Origin: an uncultured archaeon
GTDB lineage: Archaea; Asgardarchaeota; Lokiarchaeia; Sigyniarchaeales; SOKP01
Direction of reading: 5' to 3'
NCBI GenBank assembly: GCA_964653985.1
Contig: CAZZIC010000001.1
Location: 15,489 to 79,488, forward strand
Length of the DNA: 64,000 bases
A model generated the notes under the pieces. That model ran no database searches. It saw only the letters and a program-made list of their open reading frames with translations, and was not told the origin of the DNA. The translations under genes and the position numbers were made by a program. Position 1 is the stretch's first letter. Every line of letters starts with the position of its first letter. This document shows, piece after piece, positions 1-9,054 of this stretch.

Positions 1-640
1 GGACGATCGGAGTTGGTATTACTCTTGTCCCATCCACGAATGTTTGGAGAGTGAATTCTTCGCCATCTAACTTTTCTTCTAAAATGAAAGAACTTTTTTT
101 GCTTATTAACTCTTTACAATAGTCAAGTATCTCTTGTTTAGAAAATAGATGATCTCCATATACTTTGACTCCCTTACCTCCTGTTAGTCCATCTGGTTTA
201 ACTACCACATTTTCTTCCCCGATGTTGTCAATATATTCCTCAACTCCTTCCAAAGAATCAAAAGATTTTCCTTCGACATTCGATGGAATATCATATTTTT
301 CTAATAAATTTCGGGCAAAAATTTTTGATCCTTCAATTTGTGCTGCCTCAATTTTAGGACCCACACAAGGAATCCCACTTTTTTCAAGAGCATCCACAAT
401 TCCAATGCATAAAGGGGATTCTGGCCCTATTACGGCAAAATCGATATTATTTTCTTTAGAAAAATCAATTATATTTTTAAAATCTGATTCTGAACCAATT
501 TTAATCCTTCCTTCGCTTAAATCCTCTAAACCCGCATTTTTAAAACTCATATACGCATATAATTTAGCTCCTCCATTTACTAACGCTTCTCCAATAACAT
601 GCTCTCGAGCACCATGTCCTACAACTAAAGTATTTACCAT
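1..640 (-). CDS. purD: phosphoribosylamine--glycine ligase (PurD), N-terminal ~213 aa; the gene continues beyond the left edge
   Basis: Reverse-strand translation from the ATG (complement of 638-640) reads MVNTLVVGHGAREHVIGEALVNGGAKLYAY...IDFAVIGPESPLCIGIVDALEKSGIPCVGPKIEAAQIEGSKIFARNLL...VVVKPDGLTGGKGVKVYGD...LEEKLDGEEFTLQTFVDG. This is the GARS N-domain plus ATP-grasp pattern. The frame is open to nt 1, so it is missing from a complete-ORF track. Confidence 0.85.
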   Translation of the reverse strand, partial: MVNTLVVGHGAREHVIGEALVNGGAKLYAYMSFKNAGLEDLSEGRIKIGSESDFKNIIDFSKENNIDFAVIGPESPLCIGIVDALEKSGIPCVGPKIEAAQIEGSKIFARNLLEKYDIPSNVEGKSFDSLEGVEEYIDNIGEENVVVKPDGLTGGKGVKVYGDHLFSKQEILDYCKELISKKSSFILEEKLDGEEFTLQTFVDGTRVIPTPIV

Positions 641-765
641 AATTTAACCACGTACATTTAAATATTTTTTTTTATAATTTCTACTATGTTATTTAAAATA
701 GTTTAGCAATTAATTTTAACATTAATTATTAAAATTATTAAATTCCTATTATAAGAGATGCATAA

Positions 766-2139
766 ATGAATCTTAAAAATTTAATAGAAAATTATAGAGT
801 TCCCGTATCATTTGAAGAGGATTATAAAATAGACAATAACATAATGATAAAGATTTTAGAAGCAGCAAGATGGGCTCCCTCAGCAGAAAATCAGCAAGCA
901 TGGCGATTTTTAGTAGTAGATAAGATTAAGAAAAAAGAAGACATACTCTATGCAATTAAGGAACAAGATAGTAGGTTGAGTTCGACTTTACATGAAATTA
1001 AGAAACCAAAATTAAGTCCTAGTTTTCAATATACAATTGATAATTACAACGCAAAAAATGCCAAATACTTAGAAAAAATCAAGATCAAGAATTCAGAAGA
1101 ACTTAAATGTGTTCAATCCGCTTCTTTGTTTATATTATGTGTTCACAGCGAGAAATTTTACGGGAAAATGTTTGGAGATACGGATATTGGTGCCGCAATT
1201 ATGAATATAATCCTTATAACAGAAGAATTAGGATTATCCACGAGATGGATACGTAATTTTAGCAGAAATATTATTATGGATAAGTTTGGTATTCCTTCCC
1301 ATTTTAAGATAGATGCTATATTGGCAATTGGTAAAAAAAGGGGTTCTTCGGAGAAAACAGAATTAGCAAAGAAAGATTTTAAAGCTTATTTTTATCAGAA
1401 TAAATGGCAAAAACCGCTGGAGGCTTCATTATTGAAAGTTGAAAATGATCTCCCTAGTTATGATGTAGAGGTTATTGATACAATATTAGATAGGAGGTCA
1501 ATTCGAGATTATAAAGAAGCTGAACTAATTGGACACAATCTTATAAGAGAATTAATTAAAGCAGCAATGATGGTACCTCTAATGATTAATAAACCATACA
1601 TAAAATTATTGATTATTGATGATCCAGAAAAATTGGATGAAATAGCTAAGAATTCTAAGATTATTGTAAAACAAAGCCACGTTCAAGAGGTTCCTTTGAT
1701 TATTTCTGCAACTTTTGATTGTTCTAATAATGCTCCTGCATTTTATGCTGAGACTGATACTGGGGCTATTTTGCAAAACATCCTCTTACGAGCTTTTTCA
1801 TTGGGAATAGGTTCTTGTTGGATTGGTGCTTTTAGTAGAAAAACCACGAGTAATGTCCTCAACATCCCTCCTAATTGGCATCTTCCTTCACTTGCAATTT
1901 TTGGGTATCCTGACCATTATCCATCCCCTACCCCTCGTAAGGATTTAGGAAAAATTGCCTATAAGAATAGTTGGAAAAATAGGATAGAAAAGAGAAAACG
2001 CTCTCTCTTTCCCAATTACCATATATTTAGTGTTTTCACCAGAAAAATAAAAAATACTAATGTGAAAACACCTTTAAGACAAAGAAATGTTGGAGAGTTA
2101 GAAGGCATCCCCGAATTTAAGCGGTTAGAAGATGAATAA
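766..2139 (+). CDS. tandem (duplicated) nitroreductase-family flavoprotein
   Basis: The N half carries AARWAPSAENQQAWRFLVV and a C-terminal-type RWIRNF...ILAIG. The second half restarts with a nitroreductase N-terminus (ILDRRSIRDYKE...AAMMVP) and ends GIGSCWIGAF...LAIFGYP. Two ~200-aa nitroreductase folds therefore sit in one chain. Confidence 0.75.
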   Translation: MNLKNLIENYRVPVSFEEDYKIDNNIMIKILEAARWAPSAENQQAWRFLVVDKIKKKEDILYAIKEQDSRLSSTLHEIKKPKLSPSFQYTIDNYNAKNAKYLEKIKIKNSEELKCVQSASLFILCVHSEKFYGKMFGDTDIGAAIMNIILITEELGLSTRWIRNFSRNIIMDKFGIPSHFKIDAILAIGKKRGSSEKTELAKKDFKAYFYQNKWQKPLEASLLKVENDLPSYDVEVIDTILDRRSIRDYKEAELIGHNLIRELIKAAMMVPLMINKPYIKLLIIDDPEKLDEIAKNSKIIVKQSHVQEVPLIISATFDCSNNAPAFYAETDTGAILQNILLRAFSLGIGSCWIGAFSRKTTSNVLNIPPNWHLPSLAIFGYPDHYPSPTPRKDLGKIAYKNSWKNRIEKRKRSLFPNYHIFSVFTRKIKNTNVKTPLRQRNVGELEGIPEFKRLEDE

Positions 2140-2337
2140 ATTATGATTTGAGTGTGCTTTTAATTCTTAAAACTATGTAGTCTATCTTTTTTTTAAATTC
2201 AAGTACTAGGATAACTTTCCTATTAATCTCCTCTTTCAATAAGGTTAATATTCATAAAATAAAGATTTAAGTAAATAATCCTCTTTAATTTATTAGTCTT
2301 TAAGAAATTAAAATATAATAGAATAGAGGATATTAAA

Positions 2338-2967
2338 GTGTCGGAATTTATTAATGAAATTGTAGAACTAAATGAAGATAAGGTGAAGGAATTACTGGAT
2401 AAAAAGATTGAGAGCGAAGATCCTCAAAAAATCATGAAGGAGGTCAGAGAAGCGATGAGTAAGATCGGAGATAAATACGAGAATAAGGAATATTTCTTAC
2501 CAGATCTAATGATGTCAGGAGAGATCCTAAAAGATATAATGAATAAACTGGGGCCCAAATTAAAACAGACACAAGAGTCAGAACTTGAAGGAAAAGTTTT
2601 ATTGGGTACAGTGAAAGGAGATATTCATGACATCGGGAAAGATGTTGTAAAATTCATGCTGGAAGCGAATGGAATAGATGTAAAAGATTTGGGCGTTGAT
2701 GTACCCGCTGATAAATTTATAGAAGCAATTAAAGATTACGAACCTGATGTTGTAGCTTTAAGTGGATTTTTAACTTTAGCTTTTGATTCCATGAAAGAAG
2801 CGGTTGAAAAGATAGAAAGTGCGGGACTCAGGAGAAAAGTTAAAATTATGATTGGCGGAGGTACAATTGATGAGTCTTTAGTAGAATACACTGGAGCAGA
2901 TGCTTTTGGTGAATCAGCTGTAGATGCTGTTAACATCGCTAAAAAATGGATTAGAGGTGAAGCTTAA
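2338..2967 (+). CDS. cobalamin-binding corrinoid protein (MtaC/MtbC/MttC-like)
   Basis: The DxHxxG lower-ligand motif GDIHDIGKD lies at nt 2620-2637. It is followed by ALSGFLT and IMIGGG B12-binding Rossmann elements, with an N-terminal helical cap. The GTG start lies a few nt after a GAGGA. Confidence 0.85.
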   Translation: MSEFINEIVELNEDKVKELLDKKIESEDPQKIMKEVREAMSKIGDKYENKEYFLPDLMMSGEILKDIMNKLGPKLKQTQESELEGKVLLGTVKGDIHDIGKDVVKFMLEANGIDVKDLGVDVPADKFIEAIKDYEPDVVALSGFLTLAFDSMKEAVEKIESAGLRRKVKIMIGGGTIDESLVEYTGADAFGESAVDAVNIAKKWIRGEA

Positions 2968-2969
2968 AA

Positions 2970-4256
2970 ATGGAAAAATCACCCGAAGAATTATATAATG
3001 AAAGAATGGAACGTGTATTAACCACAGTAAGTCTAAAAGAACCAGATAGGGTACCAATCACCCCTATGGGCATATTTTATGCAACTGAACAAATGGGGTT
3101 CACCAAGAAAGAAGCAATGTATGAACCTTTTAAACTGGCAGAAGCATTTTATAAGGTATATAGCCCCATGGGTTGGGATATGGTCCCTCCATTATTAGGT
3201 ATTTTTCCAGCTGGAGTATTTGATCCGTTAGGTGTTCAATTCTTTAAATGGCCAGGTGCTGAGGATAAAGAACAGAGATTAGATGATGAAGTTCATTTCC
3301 AATATGTTGAAGGAGAATATATGGATGCTAATGAATATGAAGATCTCTTCCGTGATCCCACCGGATTTGCTTTAAGAAAGATGTTTCCTCGCCATTTTAA
3401 AAATCTTAAGCCATTTCAGATGTTTCCGGGTCTTGTTAATTTGTTTAGTGGATATGGAGCCTTTATGAATATACCAATGTTTTTCGGATTACCCCAGAGT
3501 CGTGAAATGATGGAAAAAATCGGGAAAGCAAGTAAATCTCTTTTTGAATATACTCAAGCAAATGAAAAATATACGAAAGATATGAAAGAAGCAGGATATC
3601 CCACATGTTTTTCATTATTTGTCCAAGCTCCGTATGATGTTGTGAGTGAGTTCCTTAGAGGAATGCGTGGTGCAATGCTTGATATGTTTAGACATCCAGA
3701 AGAATTGAAAAGGTTACTAAATATGTTAGTTCCATCTTCAATTCAGAGTACAGTTATGCTGGCCCAAATGAATCCTGAGAATAATATTGTCTTTATTCCT
3801 CTTCATAGGGGAGCAGACGGCTTCATGAGTAGAGAGCAATTTGAAGAATTCTACTGGCCAACATTAACAGCAATTATGGAGGGATTAATTGGAAATGACC
3901 TTATCCCTTGTCCATTTTTTGAAGGTGGATATAATGAAAGACTTGATTATTTAGGCGAATTTGCGAAGAAACATCCTGGTAAAATGATCTATTGGTTTGA
4001 TAGAACTGATATAATCCATGCAAAAGAAGTTTTCGGTGATTATGTTACTATACGTGGCAATGTTCCGGGATCTATGTTAGCAACGGCTACTCCACAAAAA
4101 GTCAAAGATTATGTGAAGAAAATTATCGATGGATGTAAGGAAGGAGGAGGATTTATCGTAGACGGAGGAGTTTCGGGAATCCCAGATGAAGCAAAACCCG
4201 AGAATGTAAGAGCTATGACAGACGCTGTATTTGAATACGGAGAATATCGAAAATAA
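2970..4256 (+). CDS. uroporphyrinogen-decarboxylase (URO-D) family methyltransferase, MtaA/CmuA-like
   Basis: The ATG lies 2 nt after the corrinoid gene stop. Length (428 aa) and segments such as FIPLHRGADGFMSREQFEEFYWP, PFFEGGYNERLDYL, WFDRTDIIHAKE, IRGNVPGSML and GGGFIVDGG fit URO-D-fold corrinoid methyltransferases. The family call is by eye. Confidence 0.65.
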   Translation: MEKSPEELYNERMERVLTTVSLKEPDRVPITPMGIFYATEQMGFTKKEAMYEPFKLAEAFYKVYSPMGWDMVPPLLGIFPAGVFDPLGVQFFKWPGAEDKEQRLDDEVHFQYVEGEYMDANEYEDLFRDPTGFALRKMFPRHFKNLKPFQMFPGLVNLFSGYGAFMNIPMFFGLPQSREMMEKIGKASKSLFEYTQANEKYTKDMKEAGYPTCFSLFVQAPYDVVSEFLRGMRGAMLDMFRHPEELKRLLNMLVPSSIQSTVMLAQMNPENNIVFIPLHRGADGFMSREQFEEFYWPTLTAIMEGLIGNDLIPCPFFEGGYNERLDYLGEFAKKHPGKMIYWFDRTDIIHAKEVFGDYVTIRGNVPGSMLATATPQKVKDYVKKIIDGCKEGGGFIVDGGVSGIPDEAKPENVRAMTDAVFEYGEYRK

Positions 4257-4664
4257 TAATCATTAGTCTTTTATTATTATCTTTTATCTTTTAACTAAAA
4301 TTTAAACCATTTTTTTTTTATTATTGAAATCTTATCATAAAATCTTTTTTTGAAATCAGTTCTTTTTTATCTAACCGTTTAGGAGTCATATTTATGTTTA
4401 TAAACCTCTATTGTTAGTTTCATATTTGAAATTATATTCTCACAAGAGATGTTTATCGATATATTTATTAATTAATCTGGTGAAAAATTGAAATGATTCC
4501 CTCAAAAAATTTAGTTAAATCTAATTGATCGGTTATGTAAAGAATTACTAAAAGAGAAGTAGGTTAATAAATCTAGAAATTTTGGTGTTAAAAGAAACGT
4601 TTATTAAATCAAGAAACAATTATGTTATTATCTATAAAGTTAACCAACAGAAGTCATAATTATC

Positions 4665-5807
4665 ATGTCAGAAAGAAAAATTAAAAAAGCTGCTCAAATC
4701 ATTATAAAGGCAGGAATGTTACCTTTTCCTGTTACAGAAACGTTAAAAAAATTAGTTGAAATTTTATATAAAGAAGAAGAGCTTGATTTTATTATTAAAG
4801 CATTCAAACGTCGCGCTTCTCAAACATTGGAACAATTAAAAGAAACTACTAAGATGCCAGAAAAGGATATTCTTCGAATCACGGAATCTCTAGCGGGAAA
4901 AGGAGCGTTGTTTAATCAACCCAATTCAAAAGGGGTGATGGTTTATAGGTTATTACCATTGATATTTGTAGGAATTTTTGAATATTATCTTATGAAAAAA
5001 ATTGAATATACGGAAGAAGAAAAAAAAGTTGCAAGACTTTTTAGTGACCTATTCGATGAATTGAGAGATATTGTTCAAGATAAATATGAAGTATTTCTGC
5101 CTGCATTTAGGAACGTCCCTCCCTTGGATCGAACAGTTCCATTCCATGAAGATTCAGAGGGGGATGAAATCACAATAAAAGTCAATAAAGAAGTTGAAAC
5201 CCCAAAAGAAAAAGTTATAACGACCGATCATATTGAAGAAATAATACATAAATTTGATGATATTACAGTCGGACATTGCTTTTGTAGACAGCATCAGGAT
5301 TTATTGGGAAATCCTTGCGAAATCACAGATTTAAGAGAAAATTGCTTTACATTTGGGAAATCGGCAAGATTTGTAGCAGAACAAGGATTTGGCAGAAAAA
5401 TCACAAAGGAGGAAGCTATTGACATTATTAAGCAATCCGAAGAGGAAGGATTGGTGCATAAAGCGTATCACCCCTTTGGAAAAGTTGAAAAATTGGAAAC
5501 TAGTGTATGTAATTGTTGCAAAGATTGTTGTGGTACATTCAATCTATGGAAAGAAGGAGTTCTACCAATGATTAACTATACTAACTTCCTATCGGAAATT
5601 AATGAGGAGACATGCATCGGATGTGGAACATGCATAGAAAAATGTCCGGTTGATGCCATAACTCTGAATGAAAATGATAAAGCTGAAAGAAACCCCGAAT
5701 GGTGTATTGGATGCGGGATTTGTGCTCATTTCTGTCCAGAATCAGCGATATCTTTATTAGAAGGTAAGAGAAAGGTATTTGTACCCCCACCTAAATTAAG
5801 AGAATAA
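4665..5807 (+). CDS. Fe-S protein: C-terminal 2x[4Fe-4S] ferredoxin domain plus an extra Cys cluster and an N-terminal helical (possible wHTH) region
   Basis: Two CxxCxxCxxxCP motifs are present (CIGCGTCIEKCP, CIGCGICAHFCP). Additional cysteines are HCFCRQH...C...C and CNCCKDCCG. Confidence 0.65.
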   Translation: MSERKIKKAAQIIIKAGMLPFPVTETLKKLVEILYKEEELDFIIKAFKRRASQTLEQLKETTKMPEKDILRITESLAGKGALFNQPNSKGVMVYRLLPLIFVGIFEYYLMKKIEYTEEEKKVARLFSDLFDELRDIVQDKYEVFLPAFRNVPPLDRTVPFHEDSEGDEITIKVNKEVETPKEKVITTDHIEEIIHKFDDITVGHCFCRQHQDLLGNPCEITDLRENCFTFGKSARFVAEQGFGRKITKEEAIDIIKQSEEEGLVHKAYHPFGKVEKLETSVCNCCKDCCGTFNLWKEGVLPMINYTNFLSEINEETCIGCGTCIEKCPVDAITLNENDKAERNPEWCIGCGICAHFCPESAISLLEGKRKVFVPPPKLRE

Positions 5808-5861
5808 TTTATCTGTATTCTCTTGTTTTATTTAAAATAATTTAGAACAAGCTTTTAGCTA

Positions 5862-6584
5862 TTAGTATTCTAATTCTTGTTTAAAAGTATCAATTACACT
5901 ACAAATCTCATTAATTTGTATTTTAAACTCTTTTGGGTTCATCTTTTTTAACTCTTCAAAATTTGTAATGATTTCTTTTAGTTCATTTATCCAGAGGTTC
6001 ATCAAGATTTCTTTTTCTTTATTTTTAACCGCTTCATTCATTTCTTTATGGATCTCAGATTTCATTTTTTGAAGAAGCTTTTTTTCGTTAATGGAGTACG
6101 ATATCTTCAAAATGTCCTGTTCACTCCTTAAATCGTCTAAATCAGAAATGAATTTATTTTTATAGTTCAAAAGTTCATCGTTGAATTTTTTGATCATATC
6201 CATAATGATTTCTTCTTGATTCTTAATGTGTTCTTTTATATCTTCTTGACTACGAGCTAATTTATTATCAATAGCATCAACTTTAGTATTTAAGGTTTTA
6301 AATTTTTCTTTTAAATCTGAAATCTCTTGTTTAAGATTCTCTTTTAAGTCATGTTCTCTCTCTAATGACTTTTTTTGATTATCTTGAATTTTTTGCGAAA
6401 GTTTTTCTTCCAGATTTTTAATTAATTCTTTTGCCTCATTTTTAGTTTTTAAAAGTCCTTTTCTTACTTCGGCTTCAATTCGTCTATTATCTTTTTTAAT
6501 TTCATTTTTAAAACTATTCAAATCTGTTTGTACTTCTAGTATATCCTCCTGTGTTGCGTTTTCAACTTCTTTCTTCTTAAACAT
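5862..6584 (-). CDS. coiled-coil protein (K/E/N-rich), unknown function
   Basis: This is a 240-aa ORF with a heptad-like K/E/L/I composition throughout. Its ATG lies 2 nt after the stop of the upstream GTPase gene (TAAttATG), which suggests co-translation. Confidence 0.6.
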   Translation of the reverse strand: MFKKKEVENATQEDILEVQTDLNSFKNEIKKDNRRIEAEVRKGLLKTKNEAKELIKNLEEKLSQKIQDNQKKSLEREHDLKENLKQEISDLKEKFKTLNTKVDAIDNKLARSQEDIKEHIKNQEEIIMDMIKKFNDELLNYKNKFISDLDDLRSEQDILKISYSINEKKLLQKMKSEIHKEMNEAVKNKEKEILMNLWINELKEIITNFEELKKMNPKEFKIQINEICSVIDTFKQELEY

Positions 6585-6586
6585 AA

Positions 6587-7588
6587 TTATTTACTCACAA
6601 CCTCTTCTTTAACATGTTCCTCTGATATAGGTTCTGGTTCAGATTCCAACCTTTCAAAATTAAGTAAAGTATTAAGTTTTACTTCGAAATCTTCCATAAA
6701 AATATCTAGTTCTCTATTGGTTCTATTAACCCGTTCAATTAAAGAGCTAATTGGGGTATTTTTCAGACCAACAATTAGATCTCGAAGTGATCGCATATTC
6801 TCATTAAAATGATTAATTATCTGTCCTTTTATTATCTCAAGATTTTCAAATCGTTCTCTTAACATTAAATAGGTCTCATCTTCTTCCGTTTCTTCTTCCA
6901 GTACTGTTTGAGTAATATCGATTTCGGGTTCTTTTTTAATCGTAAATGATTCGATATTTTCCGTATTCATAAACAGATTATTCAATTCATTGCCAGTTTT
7001 ATCAACTTTATAAAGAAATTTTTGGCTAAGATCAGGGATATCCTTATCTGGAAAAATGTTTTTGAGCTCCTTTAGGTACGTATAGATAATTAATTCAAAA
7101 GCTTTTTGAACATTCTCACCTGTTTTTGCCGAAATTACAACAAATGGTAATTCTAATTCTTCAATTTTAAGTTTATCAATTATTTCCTTTAATTCTTCCT
7201 TCCCTGATATTAAATCAAGTTTATTTCCTACAATGAAAGGTAGACATTCCTCAGAATGCTTCTTTAAGTTCTTTAAATAGACATTTTTTAGTTCTTTAAA
7301 TGATTCTTTCGGTCTAGATAAATCAAATACGAGAAAAGCGGCATCAATATTGCTGAAAAATACAGGGTTGAAAAGATTGAAAGAACGTTGTCCGCCAATG
7401 TCCCAAATATTAACCTTAATATTGTAATTGTCCTCTTCAAGTTTGTAGTTCTTTTTGTTGATTGAACTTCCAATAGTAGGTATATATCGTTCTGGATACT
7501 CACTATTCGTAATTCTATTTACAATAGAAGTCTTTCCCGCACCTCCTTGACCAAGAAGGGTTAATTTTATGTTCAGTTCATCTACCAT
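6587..7588 (-). CDS. Rab/Ras-like small GTPase with ~150-aa acidic/coiled-coil C-terminal extension
   Basis: All G motifs are present: G1 GQGGAGKTS, G2 region YIPTIG, G3 WDIGGQ, G4 GNKLD, G5 SAKTG. The longest ORF begins at a TTG (7591), and the adjacent ATG at 7588 is the more likely start. Confidence 0.85.
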   Translation of the reverse strand: MVDELNIKLTLLGQGGAGKTSIVNRITNSEYPERYIPTIGSSINKKNYKLEEDNYNIKVNIWDIGGQRSFNLFNPVFFSNIDAAFLVFDLSRPKESFKELKNVYLKNLKKHSEECLPFIVGNKLDLISGKEELKEIIDKLKIEELELPFVVISAKTGENVQKAFELIIYTYLKELKNIFPDKDIPDLSQKFLYKVDKTGNELNNLFMNTENIESFTIKKEPEIDITQTVLEEETEEDETYLMLRERFENLEIIKGQIINHFNENMRSLRDLIVGLKNTPISSLIERVNRTNRELDIFMEDFEVKLNTLLNFERLESEPEPISEEHVKEEVVSK

Positions 7589-8125
7589 CAAATCAAATCA
7601 ATACCTATCGTTCCCCAAGTATTATATAATAAATATAAAATTAGAGATATTTAAATTTGATATAAAAGTAAAAAAACAAGAATATAATTCAGAGAGATTT
7701 TATATATAAAACTAATCTTCTGGTTCGAGTTCTGGAGGTTCTGGTTCAGTTGGCTTTGGCTCTGGTGGTTTAAGTTGATTTCTAAACCTTTTTCATACTT
7801 TAAATTACTCTTTTTGAAATATTATTTCATTTACTTACAGTTAAAGTTAAAGAAATTTTTTACCAATGAGCAGTTGTTTATTTATTGATAAAACTCCTAA
7901 GAGCGATAGTAAATATTCAATGTTGATTATTTAGAATTATATACTTTAAACTTTGGTAATGAATACTTAGTTTAAAAGCAATTTACTCTAATTATTCACG
8001 GAGTAAATCTAATAAAACCTTATCTTAAATAAGAATCTATATGAATTACATCTGTTAGGTACAAAATTTAAATTCTCATAATACTAATATGATTATAGAT
8101 AAAAAATTCCATAAAGTAAATCAAA

Positions 8126-8998
8126 ATGTCGGAGGAAAAACAAGATCCCCCAAAAATTTTATTACCTAAACAGGGAGAAATAAGGGCACTGGAGGAACCT
8201 GAAAAATCTTTCTCGATTCAGGAAATATTTGAAAACATTACACCACATACACCTAAAATCAAACTAGTGAGTAATTTAGGCTCAAAAAAAATTTCCACAT
8301 TATTTAACATCTCAGCTTTGACAAAAAAAAAGAAATATGGCAGTAAAGAATCAATTAAACTGGGAGAAAATGACGAAGAATTAATTGATGCCACTTTATC
8401 ATTAACAGAAAATATAATCTTCTATCCTAAAATTGAATTCAGAGGAGAAGGGAAGTTAACAAAAGCTCAGAAGCAAAAAGGAATTGAGAAAAAAATTATT
8501 ATCAAATCAGTACATGGGGGGATTAGGAAATCGGTACCGGTCGATGGTGAAGGAAATTATGTTAAAAAGAAAAATATTGAATATTATAAAAGAGAAGATG
8601 AAGAGAGTAAACTTCCGGTTTACCCTTCAAACTTATATAGTGATAAAAATCCGAGGAAAATAACTATAAATGAAGTAGCGGAAATTGAGAGAATTTTAGA
8701 CACTAATATTCAATCTAGGTACATCTTGTTTCCTGTTGAAAGTCAGGATGATTCCGAATTTAAAAATCTGGTAAATAATATGGAAGCGGTAGGACCGCAT
8801 TTCTTAACATTCAAATTCAATTATCGAAAAGGGACAAACCAAAAGGATGCATTTCTTGTCTTAATTGAGGAAGACGGTAATGAATATATCTTGATGTGCG
8901 TTGGGTTACAAATGGATATTAAATGGGTTGGTTTGGAAGAGTTGCCCGAAGAGAATCTTTTTTTCTTCGAGAAGTTGGACCTAGATTTAAAAATCTAG
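8126..8998 (+). CDS. hypothetical protein (candidate Ku-like beta-barrel core, unverified)
   Basis: This 290-aa ORF is the first gene of the plus arm that ends in the DNA ligase. The segment KITINEVAEIERILDTNIQSRYILFPVES..EFKNLVNNMEAVGPHFLTFKFNYRKG...AFLVLIEEDGNEYILMCVGL loosely follows the bacterial Ku core pattern by eye only. The protein has an acidic-aromatic C-terminus. Confidence 0.55.
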   Translation: MSEEKQDPPKILLPKQGEIRALEEPEKSFSIQEIFENITPHTPKIKLVSNLGSKKISTLFNISALTKKKKYGSKESIKLGENDEELIDATLSLTENIIFYPKIEFRGEGKLTKAQKQKGIEKKIIIKSVHGGIRKSVPVDGEGNYVKKKNIEYYKREDEESKLPVYPSNLYSDKNPRKITINEVAEIERILDTNIQSRYILFPVESQDDSEFKNLVNNMEAVGPHFLTFKFNYRKGTNQKDAFLVLIEEDGNEYILMCVGLQMDIKWVGLEELPEENLFFFEKLDLDLKI

Positions 8999-9054
8999 TT
9001 ATTCTAAAAAGTTACGAGTTTATCTTAATATTGAATTAAAGAGAGTCGAAAAAG

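Noticed and set aside
165-647. 160-aa plus-strand ORF from the track (MTPLPPVSPSGL...)
   Set aside because: It is the antisense shadow of purD. The minus strand translates into an unmistakable GARS sequence, and the plus-frame product is S/P/F-rich with no motifs.
2970-4256. Pyrrolysine (in-frame TAG) or other recoding in the methyltransferase genes
   Set aside because: Both the corrinoid and URO-D ORFs are uninterrupted. No MtmB/MtbB/MttB-type gene is present in the window.
2736-5790. Internal or antisense track ORFs 2736-2936(-), 5389-5571(+), 5599-5790(-)
   Set aside because: They are embedded in the corrinoid-protein and Fe-S-protein genes, in other frames, and show no motifs.
7700-7795. 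Pro/Glu-rich minus-strand reading (…FRNQLKPPEPKPTEPEPPELEPED*) in the spacer upstream of the GTPase
   Set aside because: An in-frame TGA lies immediately upstream, and the nearby ATG (ATG AAA AAG GTT TAG) is in another frame. It would need a 1-nt change to make a 27-aa ORF, so it is probably a relic or chance.
7592-8125. The supercluster as a mobile or integrated island bounded by the 534-nt and 404-nt (27574-27977) spacers
   Set aside because: I could find no integrase, no tRNA target, no recognisable flanking direct repeats and no obvious compositional break by eye. The island hypothesis is not supported from this window alone, although it is not excluded.
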